A DNA stretch of 34,848 bases from Gemmatimonadota bacterium (lineage in GTDB: Bacteria > Gemmatimonadota > Gemmatimonadetes > Palauibacterales > KS3-K002), in the NCBI GenBank assembly GCA_039588155.1, contig JBDHAI010000005.1:1-34848 (forward strand). Reading direction: 5' to 3'. The notes beneath the pieces were generated by a model that did not search any database, was not told the origin of the DNA, and was given only the letters and a program-made list of their open reading frames with translations. Position numbers and translations under genes: made by a program. Shown piece by piece: positions 1-9,082 of the stretch (positions are counted from its first letter, which is position 1; every line of letters starts with the position of its first letter).

Positions 1-1607
1 AGCCGATCCCCGTTCACCAACGCGTCGGCGTCTGAATTCACAAGATTCGCGTCACCACATGAGAAATTGAAGCGATATCCATGGCCGATGTGATTGACGA
101 CACTTGGTCCTGCGTTCATGGAGTCAATGGTTGCCTGGAGGGTGAGGGGGACCGAGCCAGGGTACGACGGGTATGTTTGGTACGCGCGGGGCGTTCGCAG
201 CGGTTTGTCTTCGAAGACGGACACGTAGAGGCTCTCCGAGAGCTCAGAACCGTCGACGACTATCGGATCGCCCTCCTTCCAGTTGGCCGGAAAGAGGACT
301 TCCGAGAGGAGCAGCACCTTGTCCCCGTAATCGCGTCGGACAGGCGTTTCGTAGGCGATTATCTTGTCGATCATGATCGACGCGTCGGCCACGCTGGATG
401 TTGGCAACCTGCCCACGTACACCTCTGCGTAGAGATCGGCGTTGTCTGCCGGAGCCTCTCCCCAATACTGATCATGGGTGTCGTTCCACGACCCGTCCAG
501 GCATGCGAAGTACAGATCGGCCGGCACGTGTGTTCCATTATTGATGTAGCGGCTGTACGCGTACCTGGCCGGGATGACGTCGGTGTCGCCGCCCAGCAGG
601 ACGAACTCGATGCCCCAGTTCTCGTACGCATCGCGTATGAAGAACCGTATCGTCTCGGCGAGGTCCACTCCGTTGCGGCAATTGGCTTGGATCCATTCCG
701 TCGTTCTGATGACCGTCGCAACGCCCTTGGTCGTCTTCCAGTTCGCGAGCCGCTGGTACTCCGCCGCCAGCGCATCGTTGGTCACGATTACATAGTCGAC
801 CGGGCATCCCTCGAGCGAAGGGGCCTCGGTTGGCTGGAACCCTCGGGGGAGCGGGGCGGCGATACGCTGCGGTGCGCCATACGCGTCGATCATTCCCGGG
901 TTCACGACACGCGACGCGATCGTTCTCCGGACATCGTCTTCCAGGTGTGGTCGGTAGCGTTTTCGATGGGTGACATCACTGCCGGCGAGCCCGGGGCGCG
1001 TTGTCAGATGGAGGTCGATGTGTTCCGTGAGGAAGATGGTCCCGCCTTCGATGTGGAGCGGAAATACGGCAAAGCTCGCGATGGCATATCCATGAAGGTA
1101 GCCCGTGCCGATGTGTTGCCCCAGGAGGGTTGGAAACCTGACCGTGTTCTGTTCGAACGCGGGGAGTGGCTCGGCTATCCCCATCAATCCTTGACTCGTA
1201 CGTGGAGAATCGGCAGGCCGCAGCCGGACGCCTGTGGCAAGTATGTTTTGTGGAGAGCTCGTGAAACGGTAGTCGTCGACCACCTCGCCCGGCGGCAGGA
1301 GCACGCGAACGATCCGGAGTGGCAGTGCGGGTGAACCGGACTGCCGAAGTTGAACGAATCCGGGCGCGCGGACCCTTATGCGAGCGAACTCCGCCGTCGT
1401 CTCAACCACCAACGCCTGTTCCGGCGTTGAGAACGTAAACGACATCTCTCGCGCCTGTACGAGGACTCCTGTCATTGAAGACAAGAAGACCGTGATAGCG
1501 AAGAGTCTGGGGACAAAAGTAATCGCCAGCGGCGTGGAGGTGCGGATAGACGGGTACCGGAGAGACCGGTTCTGGAATCCGCTTCTGGCGTGCACCACAA
1601 AGGGCAC
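1..1607 (-). CDS. Peptidase C25 (gingipain-like cysteine protease) family protein, N-terminal part; 3' end runs off the window
   Basis: Absent from the ORF track (GTG start, no stop within the window). My reverse-strand translation gives GTG at 1607 preceded by AGGAGG with a 6-nt spacer. The N-terminus MPFVVHARSGFQNRSLRYPSIRTSTPLAITFVPRLFAITVFLSSMTGVLVQA is signal-peptide-like. Frame checked by hand at three places: NDALAAEYQRLANWKTTKGV (721-780), AYENWGIEFVLLGGDTDVIPARYAYSRYIN (541-630), SMNAGPSVVNHIGHGYRFNFS (61-120). The LLGGDxDxIP and HxGHG motifs are typical of C25 peptidases. The 81..1334 plus-strand ORF is its antisense shadow. Confidence 0.8.
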   Translation of the reverse strand, partial: MPFVVHARSGFQNRSLRYPSIRTSTPLAITFVPRLFAITVFLSSMTGVLVQAREMSFTFSTPEQALVVETTAEFARIRVRAPGFVQLRQSGSPALPLRIVRVLLPPGEVVDDYRFTSSPQNILATGVRLRPADSPRTSQGLMGIAEPLPAFEQNTVRFPTLLGQHIGTGYLHGYAIASFAVFPLHIEGGTIFLTEHIDLHLTTRPGLAGSDVTHRKRYRPHLEDDVRRTIASRVVNPGMIDAYGAPQRIAAPLPRGFQPTEAPSLEGCPVDYVIVTNDALAAEYQRLANWKTTKGVATVIRTTEWIQANCRNGVDLAETIRFFIRDAYENWGIEFVLLGGDTDVIPARYAYSRYINNGTHVPADLYFACLDGSWNDTHDQYWGEAPADNADLYAEVYVGRLPTSSVADASIMIDKIIAYETPVRRDYGDKVLLLSEVLFPANWKEGDPIVVDGSELSESLYVSVFEDKPLRTPRAYQTYPSYPGSVPLTLQATIDSMNAGPSVVNHIGHGYRFNFSCGDANLVNSDADALVNGDR

Positions 1608-1716
1608 TTCCAACCTCCTGTACCGGCACACTGCGAGGGACGGAGGCGATGCGGCGATTCCTCGGGTATAGCGAGGATCTTACCGCAGCAGTAGGGAGCT
1701 TCGAATCTATATTTGC

Positions 1717-1746
1717 ATTATAGCAGATCTGCCGCCCGTTGTTGAC
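1717..1746 (-). promoter_or_regulatory. Candidate sigma-70 promoter with extended -10 (TGcTATAAT) for the C25 peptidase gene
   Basis: The minus strand reads GTCAAC-N18-TGCTATAAT, with TATAAT at 1722..1717. It lies about 110 nt upstream of the GTG start, in a locally AT-richer intergenic stretch. The -35 element is weak. Confidence 0.35.
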
Positions 1747-1791
1747 TTACATTACGAAACCGAGCCAGCGGGGCAGCCGAGTACGTTTTGG

Positions 1792-1824
1792 AATAAAGAA
1801 AGGGCCGCCTAACCTGGCGACCCT
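1792..1824 (-). terminator. Rho-independent terminator downstream of the 949-aa surface protein gene
   Basis: The minus strand reads AGGGTCGCC-aggtta-GGCGGCCCT (9-bp stem with one G-U pair) followed by TTCTTTATT. It starts about 25 nt after the stop at 1851. Confidence 0.6.
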
Positions 1825-1850
1825 TCATGAACTCTCCCTCTCGCTCCGCG

Positions 1851-4700
1851 CTATCGAAGCAACGTCATCTTCTTCGTCTGTACGAACGGCCCAGCCGCAA
1901 TCCGGCAGAAGTAGATTCCGCCCGCCACAATTCGACCGGCATCGTCCCGTCCATCCCACAGCACCGAGTATCGGTCCGCGGCCCGACGTGCGTCGAGTAG
2001 TGTCCGTACAAGTCTCCCGGACACGTCATAGATACGGATCGATACGTCGGCGTCATGCGCAAGTCCGAATCCGATTCGCGTGTCGGCGCCGAACGGGTTC
2101 GGGCGATTCTGTTCGAGGAAGTTTGCCTTCGGTGGGCCAGTTTCCTCGACACCCACCACTAGATCCGGTCCGAGCATCGCATGCGGGCTGGCGTTGTCAT
2201 GGATGTCGATGGCTTCGATCTTGTAGTAATAGCCGTCGTCCCAGTGCCAGTCGCCGTCGTGATATCCCGGCGCCACCGGCTCATCGATCAAATTGCCGGG
2301 GCCGGGTGTAAATCCGGCTTGCGTTCCCCGGTAGACTGCGTAATGCGACATATCCGCTTCGGTGTTGGCATCCCACGTGAGTTCAAGCCCTTCCGGCCCC
2401 GTCTGGTTGCCGGTCAGGTTCTGTGGCATCGCGGGTGCAATGTCGTCCACGGAGTAACCGCTGTCCGGAGCTGAGATGTAGAACACCAATTCGTCGCTGG
2501 TGTGCGCGATTACTTGGTAGTAGTTGTACTCCCAACCGGCGGCGGTGGAGTCGAAGAGCGTAGGCTCCGGATACCCGTATGTTTCGAGATGGTAAGCACC
2601 CGTCGTGTCAATGGGGTGCCAGAAAAACAGCTGGCCGGCGATCTGTTCAATCCGGACGGTGCCGCCCGCCTGTAGCACGAGGGATCCCGCTGCCAGAACC
2701 GCTGTTACTTCTTCGTTCTCCATCAATGTCTGCGCCGCCGTCTCGCTGATCGCTCGCCAGACGGTGTACTGCGTGATCTGACCACCCGCGGCGGGAAGGT
2801 CGAGTGCGCTGGCAAACCACGACAAGTAGATATGTCCCCCCTGGTCGAAGGGAACGTCACGCACAGCGGATATCACGGGCACCGGGTACGAGAACGCGTT
2901 GAACGCCGTGTTGTCGGTCTCGTCGTACTCGGCAACTTGATCGAGATCATCGGCAACAACGCCGAGGTAGATGTCGCCGCGCGGTGCGGTTTTCGGCAAT
3001 GTTGCCACAATAACCACCGTTGTATCGGAGCCGGAATCGATATTCGTGACAGCAACGGAGTCGACTATCACATCGTTCGTTGTAATGACCGTGTCAGCCG
3101 ACACCCGGAGCGTCACGCGGAATACTCCCGATGGACGATCGCCGAGGTTGGATATCTGAATAGACGCGGTCACTGGGTCATGGCCCTTCGTTGTCCCCGC
3201 CGTCGAGCTGAACGTCGTGACTTCGAGATCGGCAGCCGCACCAATCCCTTGCATGGGGACGGTGAGGGTGCTGTCGGTTTGATCGTCGCTCGCAATCGTC
3301 AACGTGTCGACAAACCCGCCGATGCTGTCGGGGGTGAATTCGACCGCGACCCACTGGCTGTCTCCGGGCGCGACGCTGAAGGTGGTGACGGAGGGTACGA
3401 AGTAGATCGACGTCGCGGACACGTCACTCACGTTCAGTGTGGCCCCGCCGATGTTGTATACCGTCAACGTCTCGACGCCCGTCGAACTCGTCGGCACCGG
3501 GCCGAAATCCAGCGCGGAGGGCGACACGTCGATAGCCGTAGGAAACAGGAAACCGGTGTTGTTACCCAGATCGGTGCAAGCGAGCACTGTCAGTGTCGGC
3601 GTCGCATATCCGTCCTGGATCTTCGCATGGGAGATGCTGACGGTAGCCAACGAATCGTAGTCCAGTGTCCACTGCGTACCGCCGGCGACCCCGTCTTGCT
3701 CGAGCGTGATCTGGTTGGCACCGGTACCTCCCGTGATCTCGAATGTCCCGGTTCCGTTGACGTCGATGGTCTTGCCGGCGCCGAAGCTCAGCTCGCATCC
3801 GTCGGCCGACATCTCGAATGTTCCCGAGTCCACCACGATGTCGTCGCCAAAGCTGTAGACGTTTCCCGTCCCGGTCGTGTTGCTTAGAGTGGCTCCAAAC
3901 CAGACGATTAGGCGGCCGGAAATGTCGAGTTCCGCCTGGCTGATGTCCAACTGGCCTCCCACGCGGAGTGAATCGGCTATTTCGGCGGCGCCGCCCAGGG
4001 TACTGATATCGCTCGTCAAGTAGGCATCAATGGCCCCGAAGACTTGGCCGGCCTTCGCCGCCAACGTCCCTCCCATCGTCATGTCGATCCTTCCGCCTCT
4101 CATATCCACCTGGGCCAGCTGTGACAGATCGATGTATCCTCCCATCCCACCGGGGGTCATGATCGTCATCGTTCCGACGATGGACCCGCTTGAACTGCCG
4201 TAGATGTCCCCCAATACCGAAATGAAACCGGATCCGGTGACCGGGCCGTAGATGTAAAGATGGTTATTAGTCGACACCGACCCGGTCCCTGTATTCATGT
4301 ATCCTTGGATCGTCATGTCGTTCGCGCTCAAATTCCAACTTTGGATTTGTGTATTTGCAAGCGTGGCGGGGCCACTCACCGAGAGGAAATTCTGCAAGAT
4401 CAGCGTTCCACCCCATGCCGACATGTTCAATGCGGCCAGATTGAGACCGCCGATATCCATGAAACTGGACCCGCCTCCGGATGAGAAAATCACCGTCCAG
4501 CCACTCATTGGTGCGCCAGATGACCAATTGGCGCTCTCGGACCAGTTGTTGGACGCACCACCGCCAGTCCACGTGGTCGATTGGGCAAACACGGCGCTCG
4601 TTGTCGCAAAGCCGGATAAAACTACCAGTAGTAAGACAATTGAGACGCGCTTGGAGCGAACTTGACATGGCATGTCACTCGACCGGGAAAACCGTTCCAT
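1851..4700 (-). CDS. Large secreted multi-domain surface protein with T9SS/FlgD-like C-terminal sorting domain
   Basis: 949-aa ORF with GGGAGAG 7 nt upstream of the ATG. Signal peptide: KRVSIVLLLVVLSGFATTSAVFAQ. The N-terminal region is G/T/S-rich and beta-helix-like. It has an Ig-like segment (DVSPSALDFGPVP...TLTVYNIGGATLNV), a CARDB-like segment (ADLEVTTFSS...ISNLGDRPSGVFRV...DETDN) and an Fn3-like segment (PAMPQNLTG...LTWDANTEADMSHYAVYRG). The C-terminal ~85 aa (NRPNPFGADTRIGFGL...VSIRIYDVSGRLVRTL...WDGRDDAGRIVAGGIYFCRI) match the T9SS type A / FlgD Ig-like CTD pattern. Confidence 0.85.
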   Translation of the reverse strand: MERFSRSSDMPCQVRSKRVSIVLLLVVLSGFATTSAVFAQSTTWTGGGASNNWSESANWSSGAPMSGWTVIFSSGGGSSFMDIGGLNLAALNMSAWGGTLILQNFLSVSGPATLANTQIQSWNLSANDMTIQGYMNTGTGSVSTNNHLYIYGPVTGSGFISVLGDIYGSSSGSIVGTMTIMTPGGMGGYIDLSQLAQVDMRGGRIDMTMGGTLAAKAGQVFGAIDAYLTSDISTLGGAAEIADSLRVGGQLDISQAELDISGRLIVWFGATLSNTTGTGNVYSFGDDIVVDSGTFEMSADGCELSFGAGKTIDVNGTGTFEITGGTGANQITLEQDGVAGGTQWTLDYDSLATVSISHAKIQDGYATPTLTVLACTDLGNNTGFLFPTAIDVSPSALDFGPVPTSSTGVETLTVYNIGGATLNVSDVSATSIYFVPSVTTFSVAPGDSQWVAVEFTPDSIGGFVDTLTIASDDQTDSTLTVPMQGIGAAADLEVTTFSSTAGTTKGHDPVTASIQISNLGDRPSGVFRVTLRVSADTVITTNDVIVDSVAVTNIDSGSDTTVVIVATLPKTAPRGDIYLGVVADDLDQVAEYDETDNTAFNAFSYPVPVISAVRDVPFDQGGHIYLSWFASALDLPAAGGQITQYTVWRAISETAAQTLMENEEVTAVLAAGSLVLQAGGTVRIEQIAGQLFFWHPIDTTGAYHLETYGYPEPTLFDSTAAGWEYNYYQVIAHTSDELVFYISAPDSGYSVDDIAPAMPQNLTGNQTGPEGLELTWDANTEADMSHYAVYRGTQAGFTPGPGNLIDEPVAPGYHDGDWHWDDGYYYKIEAIDIHDNASPHAMLGPDLVVGVEETGPPKANFLEQNRPNPFGADTRIGFGLAHDADVSIRIYDVSGRLVRTLLDARRAADRYSVLWDGRDDAGRIVAGGIYFCRIAAGPFVQTKKMTLLR

Positions 4701-5031
4701 CGTGATCTCTCCCTTTGCATCGGGGCAGAGCCTCGACTACACCTCTCGAGGTATTTCGAGACATTCGTATTTGCTCTAGTCATAAGGCACGCTATGCACC
4801 ATTGTATCCGGAATCGACTGAGGCGAGAATGATGCACTTGCATTATATCTTCGCGCGACATTTCGGGCCTATACTCTGCAACCAATGGTCGAGATCGTTG
4901 TGCCGCCGTCGGCGCATAGGCGTTCACGACCCCTTCGGCATCCTCGGCAGCGCGCCAATTTGCGTCTCGATCATTCCTAACAGTCTCCAAATGCTCCTCG
5001 CTGGATGGCCTCTTCCTTCAAGGAGGCGAAG

Positions 5032-6150
5032 ATGTCTGCGCTATTACGAATCGCCTTGGTAGCGGTTACGACCAGCGCGCTTCTGATCTCACAAACAGGC
5101 TGTAGCGAGGATATCAGCTGCCCAGAAGACTGGCACGCTTGTCCGCCTGTCGTCGTGGACATGGAATTCGTGAACCTGTGCGTGGACAGCGCGACAGCCC
5201 TGCAGGTGAGAATCGAAGCGACGCACGAATACTTTGACTTTCCGTGGGGCTCTATCTGGATTGAAGTGCCCCGCTGGAACAATGCTACCGTGATTGACAG
5301 TCTCGGGGGCGGTGAATACTGCCTGACAAATACGATGTATCCGGATGCGGAGCCAATTGCGCTCGGTGAAGAGGCACGCTTTGCAATGCATTTCGAAGGC
5401 GGTTATCACGTCGTGGTCAAAGACGCGGTATTTCTGAAGGACACGGTGGCAACGACTTGTTACGACGCCGCTCCCTGCCCGCGGGGGTCGGGAGTCGGCG
5501 TTCTGGTCGATTACGATATGTCGGCCGGCCTGGAATTGGAGGTATTCAACGCCAACGATTTCAGCGGGGCGGATCCCGTTGCCCTCTTCGAGCTGCAATG
5601 GGCGGCGGCGACCGACACGCTGCCGATCAGTAACCTGGTGTGGGGAGATTCCCTGCTGGAGTCATTGGCCTGGACCTCGCCGGCCACCAATCTGCCCGTG
5701 ACGCTGCTGCCGGGGCAGCCGCCGCTGGTATACGACATCCCCGACAACGATGTGTTGGATGCCGATGTCGTTCTCGTACGTGCTCATTCATCTTCGTCGA
5801 CACTGGAAACGAAGGGCATTGTCCAGGGAGACCTGCGAAGCAGCGGTACGGGAGTCACCGGTGGTTCCATACCAGGATTCCGTCTCATGGGGAGCTACCC
5901 CCATCCCTTTTCCGAGAGCACGACGATCGAGTATGAGCTCGAACGTCCCTCAGACGTAGTACTCACCATCTACGACGTTCGCGGCAAACGGGTGGCACGG
6001 ATCAAAAAGCCGAGCTCGCTCGCCGGACGTCAGACGATCACCTGGTCGGGCAAGGACGAGGCCGGGCGGAAGGTCAGATCGGGCGTCTACTTCTGTCGGC
6101 TTGAAGCGGGTCGGTATAGCGACACGAGGAAGATAGTAGTCGTCAGGTAG
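5032..6150 (+). CDS. Secreted hypothetical protein with T9SS/FlgD-like C-terminal sorting domain
   Basis: ATG at 5032 follows AGGAGG with a 6-nt spacer, which I prefer over the track start at 5005. N-terminus MSALLRIALVAVTTSALLISQTGC is a signal peptide with a weak lipobox. The C-terminus (YPHPFSESTTIEYELERPSDVVLTIYDVRGKRV...WSGKDEAGRKVRSGVYFCRLEAG) follows the same CTD pattern as the neighbouring gene. Confidence 0.8.
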   Translation: MSALLRIALVAVTTSALLISQTGCSEDISCPEDWHACPPVVVDMEFVNLCVDSATALQVRIEATHEYFDFPWGSIWIEVPRWNNATVIDSLGGGEYCLTNTMYPDAEPIALGEEARFAMHFEGGYHVVVKDAVFLKDTVATTCYDAAPCPRGSGVGVLVDYDMSAGLELEVFNANDFSGADPVALFELQWAAATDTLPISNLVWGDSLLESLAWTSPATNLPVTLLPGQPPLVYDIPDNDVLDADVVLVRAHSSSSTLETKGIVQGDLRSSGTGVTGGSIPGFRLMGSYPHPFSESTTIEYELERPSDVVLTIYDVRGKRVARIKKPSSLAGRQTITWSGKDEAGRKVRSGVYFCRLEAGRYSDTRKIVVVR

Positions 6151-6234
6151 GGTTGGCCTAGTCTGGAACGAGCAAGTGTCCTGGTGCAGGGGGTCGGACA
6201 CGGCGGAACTTGAGTTGGAAAGGAGGAAGGAGTC

Positions 6235-6495
6235 TTGGCAGAAGAAACGAGAATCGGCCATGTCTCTCACTACTTCGGGAAGATCCAGGTGGCCGCCATC
6301 GAGCTGACCGAGGGCGCGCTGTTGGTGGGAGACACCATTCACGTGAAGGGACACACGTCGGATTTCGTTCAAACGGTAGACTCGATGCAGATAGACGGAG
6401 CGGATGTGCCGCGCGCCGAGACAGGACAGTCAGTTGGCATACGGGTCACCGAGCACGCCCGGGTGGGGGACGAGGTCTTCAAGGTCGTCGAGTAG
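6235..6495 (+). CDS. Small stand-alone EF-Tu domain-II-like beta-barrel protein (translation elongation factor-like protein)
   Basis: 86 aa with a TTG start preceded by AAGGAGGAAGGAG. The sequence IGHVSHYFGKIQVAAIELTEGALLVGDTIHVKGHTSDF...GQSVGIRV resembles the translation-protein beta-barrel (GTP_EFTU_D2-like) fold. Confidence 0.6.
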   Translation: MAEETRIGHVSHYFGKIQVAAIELTEGALLVGDTIHVKGHTSDFVQTVDSMQIDGADVPRAETGQSVGIRVTEHARVGDEVFKVVE

Positions 6496-6507
6496 CTGAC
6501 CGCGCCC

Positions 6508-6543
6508 TGCGATCTCAGTCCGATTCGATCGGGACGTTCATCA
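6508..6543 (+). repeat. 36-nt direct repeat, copy A (34/36 identical to 11836..11871)
   Basis: Copy A reads tgcgAtctcagtccgattcgatcgggaCgttcatca; copy B reads tgcgGtctcagtccgattcgatcgggaTgttcatca. Copy B is the 3' end and stop codon of the cNMP-binding gene. Copy A lies in non-coding DNA. Confidence 0.9.
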
Positions 6544-6765
6544 GGAAAACAAAAGGACAGACTGGAATATGAGCGGGGGCCGCGCAGAGCGTGCGGCTCC
6601 AGCCTGTGGCAGTCCCACGTCCTCATCAACACGCGCAAGCCATCCCCATAGAGCCCTCGAGATCCGTAACCCCTCGAGTGATTCCCTCGTACACAACTTC
6701 GGAGAGGCCGCAAACCTCGACCCTGCATCGCTCACTTCAACCAAATATTCAGGAGGCCCGAAGCC

Positions 6766-8169
6766 ATGTTGTCAAAGGGCGCGATTCCCGTTCAGGCGGC
6801 TTTCGCACCGGTCATCAGGATCATTGCCTGCGCCGCTCTTGCCGCTGTATTCACGCTACTGTCGCTCGTACCCGCCACCCACGCCCAGGTTGCCAGCCCC
6901 GGAGAGCTGCCCGCCATCGACGCAGCGACCCGGGCGGCGATCGTCGACAGCATTACCGCCGCCATCGATTCGATCTACGTCCTCGAGGAGCCGGCCCGGC
7001 GCATCGTCGCGGGCTTGAGGAAGAACCTCGCCAACGGTGACTACGACGAACTGACCGACCCGGCGGCGTTCGCGCAAAAGCTCTACGAGGATGCCCAGGC
7101 CATTAGCCACGACGGCCACTTCCGCATTGCGGCCATGCGGCCCCTCGATCCGGCCGTCGCCGAGGCTCAGCGGGACGAGGACCCGGCCGACGTCGAGCGC
7201 CGCCGCAGGCTCCGCCGAGCGCGGAACTATGGCTTCAAGAAGGTGGAGATCCTCTCCGGCGGCGTCGGTTACCTGAGATTTGATCAGTTCGCCCATGGCG
7301 ATGAGGCCTTCGCGGCCGCGGCGGCGGCCATGAACTTCCTGGCCAACAGCAATGCCGTGATTCTCGACCTCAGGTACAACGGTGGTGGCTCGGCCTCCAT
7401 GATTCGATTCATCTGCGGTTACCTGTTCGAGGAGAATGCCCACCTGATCAACTGGGACATCCGCGCCGAGAACAAAACCGTCCAGTCTTACAGCGCCGAC
7501 TACGTTCCAGGGCGGCGCATCACCGAGCAACCGGTCTATATCCTCGCCAGTGGTAACACCTTCTCCGCGGCCGAGGAGTTCACCTTCGATCTCAGGAATC
7601 TGGAACGCGCCACCGTTGTGGGCGATACGACCGGCGGCGGCGGGCACACGGTGGCCTCTCTCATCTTCGACTTCGACAGTTTCCGCATCGGCATGCGCAT
7701 TCCCTACGGCCGCGCCTACAACCCCGAGAACAACGAGGGGTGGGAAGGTGTGGGCGTCTTGCCACACATTGCCGTCCCGGCGGAGCAAGCGCTGGATGCG
7801 GCACATGCAGAGGCCCTGCGCAAACTCATCGAAGCCGAGGAGGACGAGCAGATCATCGCCGGGTACCGGTGGGGTTTAACGGATCTGGAAAGCCGGCTCA
7901 ATCCCATCGAGCTTCCGAAGAAACAGATGGAGCAGTACGTCGGCGTCTACGGCCCGCGCCGCATCTTCATCGAAGACGGTGTTCTCTACTACCAAAGGGA
8001 AGACCGACCCCGCTACAGGATGGAGCCCATGGGGGAGGATCTCTTCCGCGTCGGCGATCTGGATTTCTTCCGGATTCGCTTTCAGCGAAACAAGGCGGGG
8101 AAGGGCGTCAAGATCATCGGCCTCTACGACGACGGCAGCAGCGACGAGCACGAACGCGACAAAGGCTAA
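6766..8169 (+). CDS. S41 family peptidase (C-terminal processing / IRBP-like serine peptidase), secreted
   Basis: 467 aa with AGGAGG upstream and a signal peptide ending ATHAQ. Motifs: VGYLRFDQF, LDLRYNGGGSASM, and YILASGNTFSAAEEFTFDL...VVGDTTGGGGH. The GxxxSAAE pattern is the S41 catalytic-serine region. Confidence 0.8.
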   Translation: MLSKGAIPVQAAFAPVIRIIACAALAAVFTLLSLVPATHAQVASPGELPAIDAATRAAIVDSITAAIDSIYVLEEPARRIVAGLRKNLANGDYDELTDPAAFAQKLYEDAQAISHDGHFRIAAMRPLDPAVAEAQRDEDPADVERRRRLRRARNYGFKKVEILSGGVGYLRFDQFAHGDEAFAAAAAAMNFLANSNAVILDLRYNGGGSASMIRFICGYLFEENAHLINWDIRAENKTVQSYSADYVPGRRITEQPVYILASGNTFSAAEEFTFDLRNLERATVVGDTTGGGGHTVASLIFDFDSFRIGMRIPYGRAYNPENNEGWEGVGVLPHIAVPAEQALDAAHAEALRKLIEAEEDEQIIAGYRWGLTDLESRLNPIELPKKQMEQYVGVYGPRRIFIEDGVLYYQREDRPRYRMEPMGEDLFRVGDLDFFRIRFQRNKAGKGVKIIGLYDDGSSDEHERDKG

Positions 8170-8235
8170 CGCCGAGCCGGGGTCACCCTCCTTTTGAGTC
8201 CCGCCAAAAAAACTCAAGAATCTCACCTGTATCAC

Positions 8236-8264
8236 TTGACATATACACTAATACGGATTATCCT
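8236..8264 (+). promoter_or_regulatory. Candidate sigma-70 promoter TTGACA-N17-TATCCT for the 8339 ORF / YtrA-ABC operon
   Basis: Perfect -35 TTGACA (8236-8241), a 17-nt spacer and -10 TATCCT (8259-8264). It sits in a markedly AT-richer island (8190-8280), about 75 nt upstream of the ATG at 8339. Confidence 0.5.
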
Positions 8265-8338
8265 CCAGGTGTATGAGGGATCTAATGCACTTGGGCGGTC
8301 CCCACCCACGCCGGCGGCCGGCCCGGAAGGAGAGGGAA

Positions 8339-8755
8339 ATGCGACGGAACAAACAAGTTATGCTTGGAGTCCTCCTCGCGCTCGTCGCGGTCGCGGCGCC
8401 GGCCGACCCCGCGGTGGCCGGTGGCTGGAAGGCACCTCGGCAGCTCGGCGTGGGGCTGACCGTGGACTCGCGGTGGATCGCCGTGGAGGGCTACTACTCC
8501 GTGCGCGACCGTGGGGCGGCCGCCCGTGGTCAGGCGTGGGCGGGCGGAGCCCCGTCCCGCGGCGCGACGCGGATGCGGGTGGTGCGGCTGGGCGGGGTGC
8601 CCAACCTCATCGGACGCATCCACCAGCACCTGGTTGCCGCGCGCGTCCTGGGCGATGCGGCGTGCGCCGTGGCCCGCCACTTCCTCGGCGTCGCAACCAC
8701 GCCCCGCTCGGCCGTCAAACAGGAGAGGGGAGCGCGCGATGCTGATCGTCGTTGA
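8339..8755 (+). CDS. Hypothetical protein with N-terminal signal peptide
   Basis: ATG at 8339 follows GGAAGGAGAGGG. N-terminus MRRNKQVMLGVLLALVAVAAPADPAVA. Third-position GC is strongly elevated along this frame. No family recognised, and the R/A/G-rich C-terminal half keeps confidence low. Confidence 0.35.
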   Translation: MRRNKQVMLGVLLALVAVAAPADPAVAGGWKAPRQLGVGLTVDSRWIAVEGYYSVRDRGAAARGQAWAGGAPSRGATRMRVVRLGGVPNLIGRIHQHLVAARVLGDAACAVARHFLGVATTPRSAVKQERGARDADRR

Positions 8756-9081
8756 TGCGAACAGCGGCGTGCCCGTGTACCGGCAGCTCATCGACCAGAT
8801 CCGGTTCCACGTGTCCACCGGTCTGCTCCGGCCCGGTGATGAGCTGCCCTCGACGCGCGCCCCTGGAACGGGATGGCGTGGTGCAGCGCCGCCCTGGACT
8901 GCCGCTCGTCGTCAAGGCCGTCGCCGACGGGGAAGCCGAGACGCGCAGGGCGGACCAGGTTCGCGAGGCGCTGGCGGCCGCGGTGCGGGTGATCCGGCAG
9001 CTGGGTGTGGCGCCCGAAGAGGCGACCCGAGCGCTCGAAGACATGTTGCAGGAAGAGACCGATAAGGAACGGGAGAGTTGA
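8739..9081 (+). pseudogene. YtrA-subfamily GntR transcriptional regulator, disrupted by internal deletion of the recognition-helix region plus a frameshift
   Basis: Frame 0 from ATG 8739 reads MLIVVDANSGVPVYRQLIDQIRFHVSTGLLRPGDELPSTRA, a typical YtrA/GntR N-terminus. After about 8860 the homology continues only in the +1 frame: LERDGVVQRRPGLPLVV...VREALAAAVRVIRQLGV...LEDMLQEE, stop at 9081. The roughly 19 aa expected between PSxR and LExxG (the ELAxxLxVNxNTVxKAYxE helix) are missing. Confidence 0.6.
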
Positions 9082-9082
9082 C

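Noticed and set aside
81-1334. 417-aa plus-strand ORF, the longest listed ORF at the left edge
   Set aside because: Its sequence is R/V/D/G-rich and unlike a real protein. The opposite strand gives a clean C25 peptidase with signal peptide, RBS and family motifs. It is an antisense shadow ORF typical of high-GC DNA.
2832-3887. 351-aa plus-strand ORF inside the 949-aa surface protein gene
   Set aside because: It is an antisense shadow with R/H/D/V-rich composition and no start context.
8282-8818. 178-aa minus-strand ORF and other overlapping frames in the 8200-8750 region
   Set aside because: They have no RBS or signal, and their composition is poor. The plus frame from 8339 has an RBS, a signal peptide and the best third-position GC bias, although it too is called with low confidence.
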